DNA of 63,418 bases, filler included, from Reticulomyxa filosa (lineage: Eukaryota > Protista > Foraminifera): NCBI GenBank assembly GCA_000512085.1. It is 18 parts of 18 records of this genome, joined end to end, with 100 filler letters (N's around TTAATTAATTAA, not from the genome) between each part and the next. Parts side by side here need not be neighbours in the genome. Positions count along the whole stretch, not along the records: positions 8,602 to 13,625 come from ASPP01010387.1; positions 13,726 to 14,819 come from ASPP01038008.1; positions 14,920 to 17,515 come from ASPP01003144.1; positions 17,616 to 31,695 come from ASPP01019878.1; 14 more parts are not named here. The stretch is one strand, 5' to 3'. Both the position numbers and the translations under genes were made by a program. This document shows, in pieces, positions 11,919 through 24,372 of this stretch (its first letter is position 1; every line of letters begins with the position of its first letter). The notes beneath the pieces are model-generated. The model saw only the letters and a list, made by a program, of their open reading frames with translations. It was not told the origin of the DNA and ran no database searches.

Positions 11919-13625
11919 TCATCGGAAGGGCTCTTCAAACTCATCAGCAGAGCTAAATATTGCGGTTCGACGTTCGATACTTTGATTTTCTGCTGCTATA
12001 CAAAAAGTGGATAAAGATAGAACAATAATGGAAAAAAAAAAGCTATTGTTTTTTTAATTCAGCAAAACTTTGGAGTCCGTTCGAATGTGTTTGCGTAATT
12101 GGCGGGTCAATGTTGAAGGTATTAAAGTGATTGCCAAATCTCTGCGTTCGAATGTTTGAGTTGCTGAGCTGATCGTCAGGCAAACGATAATTCATTGGTT
12201 TACGTCTCTCCATCTTTGCCTTGGTACTGTTCCAAGCAGGTTCGGAGAGGATAAACATTTTCTCCTCTTCATCGTGTTCTTCCAAGGATTTGAGCTTCAT
12301 GACAGGACACCCTTGTTGTTGTGACAACATGATTTCCTCGTCTTCTTCATTTCTTAGTCCTTGTAATGACTCTAAGGAAAGAAGAGTGGAATACTCTGTA
12401 TGTATGTTTTATATTAGCTTTTTGTTTAGGAATACATACACACTCAAAAAAAAAAAAAAAAAAGGCAAAACTCGAAAGTTTTTGTAGCTCCTTCTTCTTT
12501 TCCTCGTTGGTGTTGGGCTCATCTTCATTGTCCTGGACTTGCTGATGAAGATCATCTTGAATATCGAAAGAAGAGTGTGAGGCCCTCACTTGCTTCAGGA
12601 TGTCTGCGTGAAAAAATGGACGTTGTTGTGAAGTTGGAGTCGGCTCATTTGAAGGCGGTTGGTTATTTGGAGTCATTTCTTCATTATCATTATCATTGTC
12701 ATTATCGATATCAACGTCGATATCGGCATAGTCCTCATCATCGACATTTATATCGTCTTCATTGGCATTGGCATTATTATCATTACAATCGTTATTATTA
12801 CAATTAATATTATTATTGTTACAATTATTACTATTACCATTATTATTATTATTATTATTATTATTGTTATTATTATTATTGTTATTGTTATTGTTATTAA
12901 GAGCAATGGTTTCAGTCTGTTGCATGTAACTACCGTTTACCAATTCGGGCACTTGCACTTGACCAGCGAATGGAACCTGCCAATTCATGGGCATCGGCAT
13001 TGTTACGAGATGAGGGTTTTGGCCGCTTTCGTTTTCCATCTCCAAGGCTCCAAAGTAGGGCTGGCATGGCACTGGATTGTAGATTATGTATTGTGGCGGC
13101 TGCGAAGGCACGGCCGGTACTTGCGAGTGGTGAAACACAACTTGTGGTTGCGACGCCACTGGCAATCCCGCGACATTCGCCATTGTCGGGTCTTGTACAA
13201 TGGCTGATCCTGATCCTTGAACTCTATGTTGGCTCTACGCAATACACATTTACATTATATATAAACATATATACATATATATATGTATATATATATATAC
13301 ATATATACGTATACATATATACGTATACATATATCTTTCATACTTTGGATCTTCTCCTTGGTTTACTCTCCGCCAAGGTGCTGTTGGCAGTGTTGTAAAG
13401 TATGTTGTGTTCGTTAATTTCTCGTTGGATGTATGCTCCTTGCGCTTGGTTGAACATTTCTTCTTGACTCAAGTACATGTTCTGGGGCCCGCTGTTGGAG
13501 ACGGCAGACGCAATGAAGCTGTACGGATGGCCGTACGTTGCACTCGCATTGTGTGTGGGTCCATTTACATGCACTTGCTGATGCGGATGTGGATGTGGAT
13601 GTGGATGTGGATGTGGATGTGGATG
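11919..13625 (-). CDS. Hypothetical low-complexity protein (His-Pro repeat, poly-Asn, acidic tract), multi-exon, 5'-truncated
   Basis: ORFs 13338-13574, 12347-13183 and 12043-12330 join through GT-AG introns; the last exon read by eye ends EFEEPFR* at 11919. No domain recognised. Confidence 0.6.
12820..12900. repeat. (AAT/AAC)n microsatellite encoding poly-Asn
   Basis: Run of attattatt/gtt in the sequence. Confidence 0.9.
13585..13625. repeat. (GATGTG)n hexamer microsatellite, His-Pro repeat on the minus strand, running into the contig end
   Basis: About six to seven perfect ggatgt units. Confidence 0.9.
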
Positions 13626-14919
13626 NNNNNNNNNNNNNNNNNNNNNNNNNNNNNNNNNNNNNNNNNNNNTTAATTAATTAANNNNNNNNNNNNNNNNNNN
13701 NNNNNNNNNNNNNNNNNNNNNNNNNATCAACCCAAGTAATTTTGTTGTCATGTTAAATATTGATATTTCCTTGAATAGGGATTTTTATTGATAGACTCTA
13801 AAAAAAAGGAGTATTTTTTTACACTTTCAACCAAAAGTAGTGGAAAAAACTACTTTGATTTCCTTGATCGCTTTTGATCATTTATTTGGAAAGTTATTAT
13901 GATTGATGACATTTATTAATTTGCAATTTGAATTATTTATAACTATCATTGAAATATGTAATGTTTCTTGAATGTATTAGATGCAGAAGTAGAAACAATA
14001 ACACGAAAGGATGATTTCACAAGAACTGTATTTTTTGTTCTTTTTATCATGCTCATTCTAAACTTGTTTGTGATAAAATGAATGTCTAATCTTATCAGTT
14101 TCAAAATGCAAAATATTATCAAGGAAAACATTTTGGCAATTCGATTTTGGCCTTCTTTTATCGTGTTTATTCATTAAAAACTCAAACTAACTTTTTTGGA
14201 ATTGCTCGAATTAATGCAGATTACTTCAATTAAATCAGAGTTTTTCTGAGGTCACTCCAACTAAGGTAGAATTTTCTTTGTAGAAGAAACAAGTTGCATA
14301 CGTGGTTATCAATTTTTTTGTAAAACTGTTTTAGTTGCAATGAAATTCATTTTAAACCTGGATTGATGATTTTGGGTCAATTATATTGGCAATAGCTTTT
14401 TGATTTGATCAATAATTATTTCATTACCTAACTCGAGTCCTTGCACTCGTTTTGCTAGTGCATACACTTTGACGAGGGCAATCAAAATATGCCTCTTTTA
14501 CATGATGCTTTGAATTCTTTCTGCCACTTGCTAATGCTCCCAGTTTCACATGATAATCTGACAAAATGATCAGTTTGTAATTTTACTTAACAAATTTGAA
14601 TTAAAAAATTTGTTCGAGATATTTAAAAATAAAATCATGGTCAATCGTCTTATGTGTTATCATAAACCAAAATATCTTAAAGCTCGCCCTTGTAGTTTTT
14701 TTTTGTTATCAATTTTGTTATAAAGGATAAAATCTAATATTTTTGCATCTCACTTAAAGAAAAATGTTTTTAGGGTAAAACCCAAGTGCAAAAAATCTTA
14801 TCAGTTTTTTTTTAAAAACNNNNNNNNNNNNNNNNNNNNNNNNNNNNNNNNNNNNNNNNNNNNTTAATTAATTAANNNNNNNNNNNNNNNNNNNNNNNNN
14901 NNNNNNNNNNNNNNNNNNN

Positions 14920-15165
14920 CTAACATGCGAAGTGTGTCCATTGAATATTTTTAATTGCTTATTATTTTTGAAATCCCAAAAACGAATGGTTTTATCACTT
15001 AATGAAGAACAAATGACATTTTGACGATGACTATGATAGTGATATGACGAAAATTTCACACAACATACTCCAGCTGAATCTTCATTGAGTGATTGAATTT
15101 GTTTGTTGTTATCAACATCCCATACACGAACTGTTTTATCTTCTGATCCAGAACAGATGAGTATG
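14920..15165 (-). pseudogene. WD40-repeat gene fragment of an expanded family; 5' end appears lost
   Basis: LICSGSEDKTVRVWDVDNNKQIQSLN...ICSSLSDKTIRFWDFKNNKQLKIFNGHTSHV; no family N-terminus upstream. Confidence 0.75.
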
Positions 15166-15399
15166 CATGATAATAAAATTTCATTCCTTTTTTCAGAATC
15201 TATTGCAAATTGAAAACTCTCTTTAAAAAGACCTTTGTGCGAAGATGGAAAAATAAAAAAAAGATGGATTCTCCATCTTCTTTTAAATTAAATATAGTAT
15301 TTTTTTGAAAAAATTGAACATGTTTACAACTATTTATTCTAAAATAAAATTATGCAAATTTATTAAAAAATTTATAATTTACTTGCTTGAAAAATGAAA

Positions 15400-16580
15400 T
15401 TATGTCATTTTATCTGTTATAATTTGATTTCCTTGAATAAACATTTCAAATATAAATTTTGATAATATCATTGAAATCAGATAATTTATTTGAAATGTTT
15501 TTAACATAAATATCAATCCATTGTTCACTGAATGCTTCATACACATGTGATTTAATATTATTTTATTAATGATGGTAGTACAGTTAAAAGTGTTTAGTAT
15601 TATTATTTTTATTAGATTTGTCAAATATTTCATCAAATCCATCCAATAAACACAAATGAAAATATTTCTACGAATAACATCCATTATCTCTTTATTACCT
15701 GTCTGCTGATTTCACTTGTTGGATGTCATTTGTCAATTCAATTATATTTGCGTCCTTTTCCTCACGTTTTTTAGTTTGCAATTGCGATTGCAACTCTTTG
15801 GCCAATGCAATAATTTGTTCAATTGAAATTAATATGATCTTTCATTTCCTTTATAACTGCATTGGCTTTCGCGTTCTTCTTTTTCTCATAATATTGTCTC
15901 CTCTTTTTCAAATCATATTATCGAGAACAGATTACCAATATGTCTGAAATTTGTTGTATTGAAATGAATTACATTTTTCATTGCAATTATTTCTTGCATT
16001 GTTTTTTCCAAGATTTCTTGTGAATAATAACAAAGATAAGAAGCAATTGACATTAAATGTTTTTTAAAGTGTTTGAAACAATGTGAAATTTGTTCTATTA
16101 ATCACATTTGTTTCAAATAACACAGCAAAGCGAATACAAATGTTCTATGTGAACGTTTGTTTGAAATTCATTGTCATATAAATTTATAATTTTCATTTTT
16201 TAATAGAAAGTAAATGATTTTTTTGTGCAAAGATTTAATAGTCTTTCTTGTTGTTGTAAAAAAAGAGTTTAACGATCTTTTGTTGTATTTTGAATTTGGA
16301 CATAACAGCAAAAGGGTCTTCAATAAAATATAAACAGTCACATAAATATATTGTATATGTGAAATTACTTTTCTCAAACAATGTTCTGTCATCAAATTAA
16401 ACAGTATTTATATCCATTAATTTATTTTGTTTGAATTCAATGTATTTCTTTCTCCAATTACGTTTTGTTATTTCATTTGTCCAGAATCTCTTTATATATT
16501 CCATTGGATACAATTTTGGATGGTTATAGATCGAGAGTCTTTCGAATATTGTTTTATCATTATTCATAACAGCGCTCAAT
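15400..16580 (-). pseudogene. Degenerate NACHT-like NTPase remnant
   Basis: An alternative minus-strand frame at about 15615-15665 reads LCLLDGFDEIFDK, a NACHT-type Walker B. Surrounding frames are broken by stops and shifts; no Walker A seen. Confidence 0.45.
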
Positions 16581-17107
16581 GACTACCAGATGATCTAGAC
16601 AAAAAAAAGGAAAAGGAAAATATCATTGAATTTCATTGATATGAAATGGTTGTTGAAAATATTTATCATATAAATAAGTGCATATCTCCAAACAGAACAT
16701 TCAAAAGCAAATGAAAAACTTGAGACAAATACAAAATAGAAGTGTTTGTCCACAGCAAGTATATTGGAAAACATCACAACGACAAAACAAAGCATTTTTT
16801 CTTGATTACACAATCATATAATAAGCAAATATGAATTGCACAATTATTGTTACTGACTATTGTGATGCACAAAATGTAACATTTATCTTCCATTTCAAAA
16901 TATTTCTTGTATACATCTTAGTTCAGTTTTTCCTTTTATCAGCAAAAGTTCAACCATTTTTTTCATCTAGTGTCATCAAAGATTATCTCAAGGGAAAACT
17001 AAAAAAGTTACAAGAATGAACTTAAACTTATCAATCAAAGTTGAGTCCAGCTTGTCTTTAAGTTTTTAGTCTTTATTTTACTTATCGTTTTAACCTGTTA
17101 ATTGAAA

Positions 17108-17515
17108 CAGCCAGAAGAAGAGATCCGAATCATTATTCATCATTGGATTCGAACATTTAACATTAAATTTGGATGGATCAAAGATTTTGACAAAATTGTT
17201 GTCAATTATGTTAGTTCATTTGTTTCTTTTTCATTTGATCAATCAAAATAATTATTTATTTCACATAGGCATCTACTTTCTTCGTGTTTGACACATTTCG
17301 TTCATCATCCAAATTAATCAATACATTCACTGGGCATACGGACAGTGTGTGGAGTATTGATTATTCAACGTTTGATGATTGTCAATTCATTTATTCTGGA
17401 TCAGGTGATAACACAGTTCGTGTATGGGATGTTGATAACAACAAACAAATTCAATCATTCAATGGACATTCATCTGAAGTTTGCTGTGAAAATTTTCACC
17501 ATATCACTATTATAA
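17108..17515 (+). CDS. WD40-repeat protein of the same expanded family, partial
   Basis: Exon EEEIRIIIHHWIRTFNIKFGWIKDFDKIVVNY, GT-AG intron, then FTGHTDSVWSIDYS...SGSGDNTVRVWD...FNGHSSEV; frameshift near the contig end. Confidence 0.85.
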
Positions 17516-17615
17516 NNNNNNNNNNNNNNNNNNNNNNNNNNNNNNNNNNNNNNNNNNNNTTAATTAATTAANNNNNNNNNNNNNNNNNNNNNNNNNNNNN
17601 NNNNNNNNNNNNNNN

Positions 17616-17779
17616 AGACTTAATAAAAACTAAATTCAAAATGATATTTAAAAACTACACGATTCGTAGATATTTTTTTAAAAAAAAATTTTGATTAAAT
17701 GTTGTTTTTTCATGGAGAAACACAATCATCTCTATAAGGTGGCATTTTATGTGTCAACTTTCTTTTTTATCTTACTGTA
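17616..17779 (-). mobile_element. End of a Tc1-like MITE family copy (TACTG|TA terminus), cut by the contig edge
   Basis: 17694-17779 aligns with the reverse complement of 30212-30298 (ttttcatggagaaa...cattttatgtg...tactgTA); 17620-17710 aligns with 54210-54320. Confidence 0.75.
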
Positions 17780-19053
17780 TAATATATATTACGCATATTA
17801 GATTAAAAAAAATATCACACTTAATAATATGAAAAGTTGTTATTGAAGAATATTTTTATTTAAGTTTGTAGCTGCTTCGACATATGTCGATATTCGAAGT
17901 GTATTTTGCAAAAGATCTCGAAGAAAAGCAATAATCTAAAAAATTGAAAAAGTAAGCATAATATCAAAAAAATAAAAATACATAAACAAAACTGAAGTAC
18001 ATAAAATAATAAATACTATAACATAATTAATTTTTAAATATCTTTTGTAGTATTTCTGTCTTCTTTTTTTAATGGTGCTATGTAACTTGCTAACTTGGAC
18101 TAGAAAATGTAATTCGTTTGCTATAAAAAATTGCTAAGTAAATAGACTATAATCGATTTTCATAATGAACGATTCATAAATTTCACAAAAATTTCAATTG
18201 ATTAAATGAAGCAAATTTTATGGCTAAATGATTGCAAGTATTATATTTGGCATATGCGTGCATGAATATTGAGACGACTAACTGTAATCTGAAAGGAACT
18301 TAGTTCCAAAAAGCAGCTTCAGTAAAAAGAAATTAAATTAACAAAAATAATTTCAACAACAAAGGAAAATAAGTAAAGAAGACACAAAAGTGAGTTGGTT
18401 GTGAGAGGGTTTTAACCCACCGAGGGTCCCACCGTTCCGTTAGTATTTGAGATTGTATAATAGGGACTTGCTCTACATGCAGTATATAATATGGAAAAAC
18501 AAATTCAAAATTATTAAAAAAAATTTTGTGCGGTTTTTCAGTCAGATTATAGTTGAGATATGCTAAGAAATTTCTTTGTTTTCTTATTTATTTCAATTAA
18601 TTGTAAACTCTGTAGTGTGAAGTTGTTATTTGACAAGTTGTTATTCTTTTTTCTTTTTCAAAGAGCGCTATATCCTTATTGAATAAGGCTGTCTAGCTTG
18701 GTTGCAAGTGTTCGCGCTCGTATATGTGTTGCATCTAAAAAAACGATTGTGTATGTCACTCATATCCATATTTAATTCTTGCGGCTGAAATGCAATCGCA
18801 TTCTAAACAATAGTTTATATATTGTTTCGATATGCTATTGAAGTGTTATTGTTGCAGCCTAAAACTGGACGTTATTGGACTTAACTGGTTTAAGAAACAT
18901 TTTATTTTGTGTTTAATGTCAATTATTTTATAAAGATTCTAGTACTTTAATGGATATATTCTTTACTCAAGATAAAGCTAATATACAATTTGCTGTTCTT
19001 GAAAATTGTACAGTGCTCCCAAGTCTGATTTTGGAAAGCTCTTCCCTTCTTGT

Positions 19054-22000
19054 TCAAAGAGCGTGATTATACTTCCACGACTAAAAGGAAAAAAAAATTA
19101 TACACAATTTTTTGAAAGAACAATTTGCATTAGTGAATATCCATGACAGCAATTTGTTTTCAAACGATTGTAGAAGCGGGTGTTTTTGGTACTAATTTTT
19201 TATATTCTTTGAAACATTTGTCACATACCCTTTGAGGTTTATTTTGTCCGTCTTCCAAAGACAATTTACTTGCAGAACATTCTTTGCAAAACCCCCTTCG
19301 CAACGTCGACAAGTGTAACGTGATCTCCAAAAAGTAAATGGCAATTGGCAGTCCATGCAACTGGACGGTTCTGATTTTGAAGAAAGAATCATACTGATAC
19401 TTTCTTTTTTTGCGTTTTGCTGTACGCTCTGAGCGTCTGTTGTCATGCGACTGTTCAAATCTTCCAGGACGTCATCATATCGTAAGAAGTAATCACTGAA
19501 AATTGGTTGGATGTTCGCAGACATATTTAGTTTTAAAACCTATTTTTTCCATTAAAAAATAAAAAGTATACGGCATCACAATATGAACGAATAAAATAAA
19601 AGAACCTTTTTGGAGGGGTTGTATAAGCTGCACACTTCCACAGGCCACGACCATAATGAAACACATCTCTCCCGTAATTTGTTGTCGACACGTTCTTTTT
19701 CAGAGTTGAATAAAAAGTTGCCAAACCAATTCGATCCATGGTGATCTGCCAAGCGAATTAAAAAGCTGACATCAAATTCAAATTCTTCAGGGAACTGTTG
19801 CATAATATGCCAAACACATTCTACAAACTGGAAAAAAATGGGCGAGCGCTCGTCTGGTTTTTGAGTGGTGCCATTTCGATCCATAAATTTGTGTCCAAAT
19901 GACAACCACTCTTTTTCAATGAGCATAATGAATCCTCGAATTGTGCGACAGAAAGGATCGATCAATATTTGAGCTACAGCCGACAGTTGAGATGTACGGT
20001 CCCATCCATCCGAGCAATGAATCACCGCTACCAAATTCTCCTGTTATATCTCAAATCAAATCACAAGTTGTTTTTTTTTAAGCAATCAGTACTCTGCTAA
20101 AAAAAAAAGTTTCTTTCTGATATTGCAATTAACTGTTTCAACAATTCGTCGGGCGATGAGGACAGCACCACTTAATACTTTACGTATATGAGACGGCCAC
20201 ATGGTTTTGGAAATGGCCGACAGCCAATTGTCGGCATCAACAGCAGGATTGGTTGCAATTCGGCACAATTCATCGAATGATTTTCTCATCGCATGGATAT
20301 TGTCAATGTCTAAAAATACAATTTTGGATTTCGTATACCAACTGGAGGACTCAGTGCCGTGTCCCTACGTATCCAAAAAATAAAAATAAAAAAATAAAAA
20401 CGCATACTACAATTTTAGTGTTTTTTTTTTCTTAAAAAAAATAAAAAAAAAAAAAAAGTGAACTCTCAATCGATTGGCATGTGCGGCAGCTTCACTTCTT
20501 GCATCGAAGAAGACCAAGTCTGCAGCAGCCCCACAGGTGATTCGAATGACTTCGAAATATTCTTTGTCCGCAGTGGATTCTTTATCAAACACGCCACGAT
20601 TGGGCTGCGCACAGCGGACGATGATGTTTTGCGTGGGCTCGTAATAGTAGGACAACACAGCCAATCGGCCACGACTTCTGAACTTGGCCGCTTTTTTGAC
20701 TAAATCGTCGGAAACGCTGGTGGGGACATAAAGGACGCTGGGGTAGGTCGAACATATTTCATAGTTTTGATTGAGAGTGCAAGATCTCCATTTCACGACA
20801 GGGACTTTTTGACGAGCAAACTCTTGGTGCCAGTCGAGGACATCCCAGCAAGCATTGGGATAAGACACAATGTTATCTTTTTGGACTTGTTGATAAAGCG
20901 TAGGGACTTGAGGAGATAATGGATCATTGACCAAATGATCGTTGATACGTTTGTACAATTCCAACAAACCAATGCTTTTCTGGACATACGTCTCGTCAAA
21001 TATCTGTTTGTCGTCGGCAATATTCGCATACTCGTTTTTGTCTTGTAGCTTTACATCTCGTTTTTTGCTTCCGTGTACTTTCAATGTTGGCTTTTTTTCC
21101 TTTCCTGATTTTGTTGGATTTAAGAATTGTATTCAATACACTCACATACGTATATACACGTACATATATAAATGCATGTATATATTATACGTCCCTACCT
21201 AAGTCATCATAGGTGGTATGGGCATCGGAGTCGAAAGGGGTTCCAATAGTATCGATAACTCCAACGACTTGAGGAGGTGGAAGCATCATTGCGATATTGC
21301 GGGCATCTTTGCAAATGATTTCCAGTATGTCTGCGGACAGAGGCTCACTCTTTTTGTCTTTCATTCCAAAGGCCTGCTTTGCTTGACTTGTCAAATACTC
21401 ACTGTAACTGTACTCTTCCACGTCTTGCGATTTCCAGCTCTTTGGCGAACTTGGCTTGCTTTTATCATTCGATCGCTTGCTTACCGTTGCTTTGCCCAGA
21501 CTTTTGTCCTTGTATCTTCGCAGCTGTAGTTCATTTGCAAATTACCACAAATATGATCAAACAAAATAAGTTAAAAAAAAAAAAAAACAAAAAAAAAACG
21601 ACGAACTAGAACAGATATGATACTCCCGAACAGGACTGCCATTGAAACTTCCTCTGGCTTCATCTTCAAAAGCAATCGGAAATTGGTCAACAATATATCA
21701 CCGACAAATCTCTTTCCATTGATATGCAAATCGACATCGGGAAGCACGATTTCAATGTGTTCGGCCGCGACAGGATATTCAATCCATTGTCCATTGCTAA
21801 TTCTATTCAAATCATCCACACGTGACATTACTGTTGAAGACAGTTGATTTTCGTCTCCTTTTTGTTCCGAATGGTCTACATCATTCATATCTTTGTTATT
21901 ATCGTCGTCGCTGATTTCATTAAAATCGGTCAAATGCAATGGAATTTTTATTTTGCTCGATTCTCGATTGTGGAATTTCTGTCGATATTGCGAGTATTGC

Positions 22001-23973
22001 GGTAGCTTCAAATCGGGGGGGCATTTCAGGTTTTGATGCATCATCACATACGCAGAGTCCGCTTTAGGGATACTATTCAATCGTTGTGAGAATCGGCGCG
22101 TCTTTGCGTCGTTGTTCTTGTTCGTAGTGTCTTGTTTTTGTTCATCTTTTCTTTTTTTTTTTTTTAAAAAAAATGCAAGAAGAATAGAGTAGCAATGTCA
22201 AATAACGATTTGAAATTTGTTATTTATGTATGACAAATGTGTGAACAAGCTTCAAAAAAAACAGTCTCAAACCCAACTGAAGAACGAAGACGTACACATA
22301 CGTACTTGTTATGCGTCGCATTATGATGTTTTGCATCTTTGTCGTGTTTTCGAGGCGTGGAAGCGTCCACACTGTCCTCGCCGATTTCCGAGGTCGTCGA
22401 GGCGTCCAATCGCGGAGGGGGCTTTTGTAAGCGCACTTGGCTTTCATTTTTGGAGCTGCCGTTGTCTTGGGATGATTGCCCTTCCACTTGGTTTTCATTA
22501 CGTTTCTTGTCCTTGCCACTGTCAACCAACACGCCGTTAGAAGCAGGGTCGAATTCGGCCGAGTCAAAAGACGGGGGTGGAGGCGGGGGTCTGCCATACA
22601 ATTGGCGCAAGTCAACGCTCGGCGCTGGGGCATGATCATTATTATCGAAATTGTCAGAATGCAATTCTTCTTCTTCTTCTTCTTCTTCTTCTTCTTCTTC
22701 TACTACTACTATTGCTTCTTCTTCTTCTTCATTTTCATTTTCATCTTCATCTTCTTCCAAGTCCTCTTCTAAAAATAGAGACTCATGTTTCAATAAAATG
22801 GGATTGAAGTCCATTACTCGACAAAAGGGTAACACTTTCTTTTTTATACAAAAAATTACCATACCATATAATATAATATAATATAATATAATACATATAT
22901 ATATATATATATATATGTATTATATTATGTATATATGTACATATACATTTAGATATAGAATAAATTACCTTGCAGTATTCTTCTTCATATTGAGATGCTC
23001 TTGGCTTTTCAAGTGTGAGCAACTTGACACACACGTCACCTTGCACTTTGGACGACTTTCCAAACTTCCTTCGCAAAGGGATCCATTGGAATTCACTGAA
23101 GCGCTCGAATTCGGACAAATGGATCAAAGCACGGCCAATGTCTTCGTCACTTGTGACGGTATCACTGTCGAACAGATCGATGACGACGAAATTTTCGTAC
23201 AAAATTTGGAATTGAAACACGTCGCTCCACATCGGGTTCAATGAAGTCACTGTGACGCTTCGATGGTGATCATTGCCCACGGCCACCACGCAGTAACTGT
23301 CACTATTCCCAGTCACGCGGTCCATCGCCGGCAAGTTACGAGCTCCTTGTACAAACACTTGTAACAATTGTCGATTGTTTGCCAATGACCATGTCGGCGA
23401 ATGCGATGACGTGCTCACTGCGGGAGACGACATGAACAGACCATTGTTGCGTTGTGATAAGTCCGTCTCGTCATCTGTTTTTTTAAAACTTTTCATGTGT
23501 GCACATTTAGATACTTTTTCAAACACACACACACACACTTCACCTAATAGACCTGGCGATAAACGTGGATCATGATTGCTTTCTCCATGCATATGGCTAT
23601 GATCGTCTCCCACGGGCTCGTTCTTTGGGCTTGCATTTATTTGAATTTTTTCGTCAAATTTTTTTGAAGGCCTTTTTGTTGACTGGTCCTGTTTGATTGT
23701 TGGGGAAATCAGTGCTGACATTGAAGATGATGCCATGCTTGGCGATGCTTCTTTTTTCTTATCCACTGCTGCACTCTTTCCAAGGCTAAACACATTTGGA
23801 CTTGATCGATTTTCTGGCTGTCGGCTGCTTTTTATCCATTCACTGCTTTTTGTCGCCGGCTTGTGGCCTTTTTTGCTTTCCATTCTCAATTCGGACTTCG
23901 ATTTCAATGTTTCATTCAAGTCCGCTATCACTTTGCTTTCTGCTGTATTTACTTCACCAGATTTATCCGTCAT
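19054..23973 (-). CDS. Myotubularin-family phosphoinositide 3-phosphatase with C2, PH-GRAM, PTP and FYVE-like domains; multi-exon
   Basis: C2: VFVQGARNLPAMDRVTGNSDSY...DLFDSDTVTSDEDIG. GRAM: GDILLTNFRLL. Myotubularin: NQNYEICSTYP, FRSRGRLAVLSY, active site VIHCSDGWDRT (19993-20019), IEKEWLSFGHKF, FPEEFEF. C-terminal Zn finger: CMDC...CRRCEG.FCKEC...RVCDKC. Confidence 0.93.
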
Positions 23974-24372
23974 TATCAATCTTTATGTGAATGTTTTTTT
24001 CCCGCTTCCCAAACTTAAAAGGAGGAAACAAAGTACATATTCATCTTTGGAGTGAGAACGAGTTTTCGTCTTTTTTAAATATAACCATTTCTTTTGTTAT
24101 CTTTTAGATGAAATTCAAAAATTGGCTTTTGTTTCGAAAAAATAACAAATTTTGGACTTATTAATGGTATATGCCCTTAAAATCGAAATGAACAGTGTAG
24201 TGAATGGGTTTGTAAGAAAATAAAGCACACTTTATGGCTGTTGTTCACCAAGAACAAATGTAGCATTTCCAAGATATCGAACAAATATATTGGAAAAATG
24301 CACCATTGTTAAAAAACAAAACAAAAAAGAAAATATGAGTTTTGGTGAATAAATACGCCAATTGAACCGATT

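Noticed and set aside
12659-13207. Antisense ORFs rich in poly-Ile, poly-Leu, poly-Phe or poly-Cys (also 22476-22881 and 55133-55987)
   Set aside because: Shadow frames of trinucleotide repeats encoding poly-Asn or poly-Glu on the coding strand.
17877-17890. 14-bp palindrome tcgacatatgtcga as a Helitron or terminator hairpin
   Set aside because: Isolated, with no adjacent CTRR terminus and no second copy.
18395-18490. tRNA-like 3' end on the minus strand (gtgggttaaaaccctctcacaacca)
   Set aside because: The T-loop is TTAAAA rather than TTCGAA, and no D-arm, anticodon arm or matching 5' acceptor strand is present.
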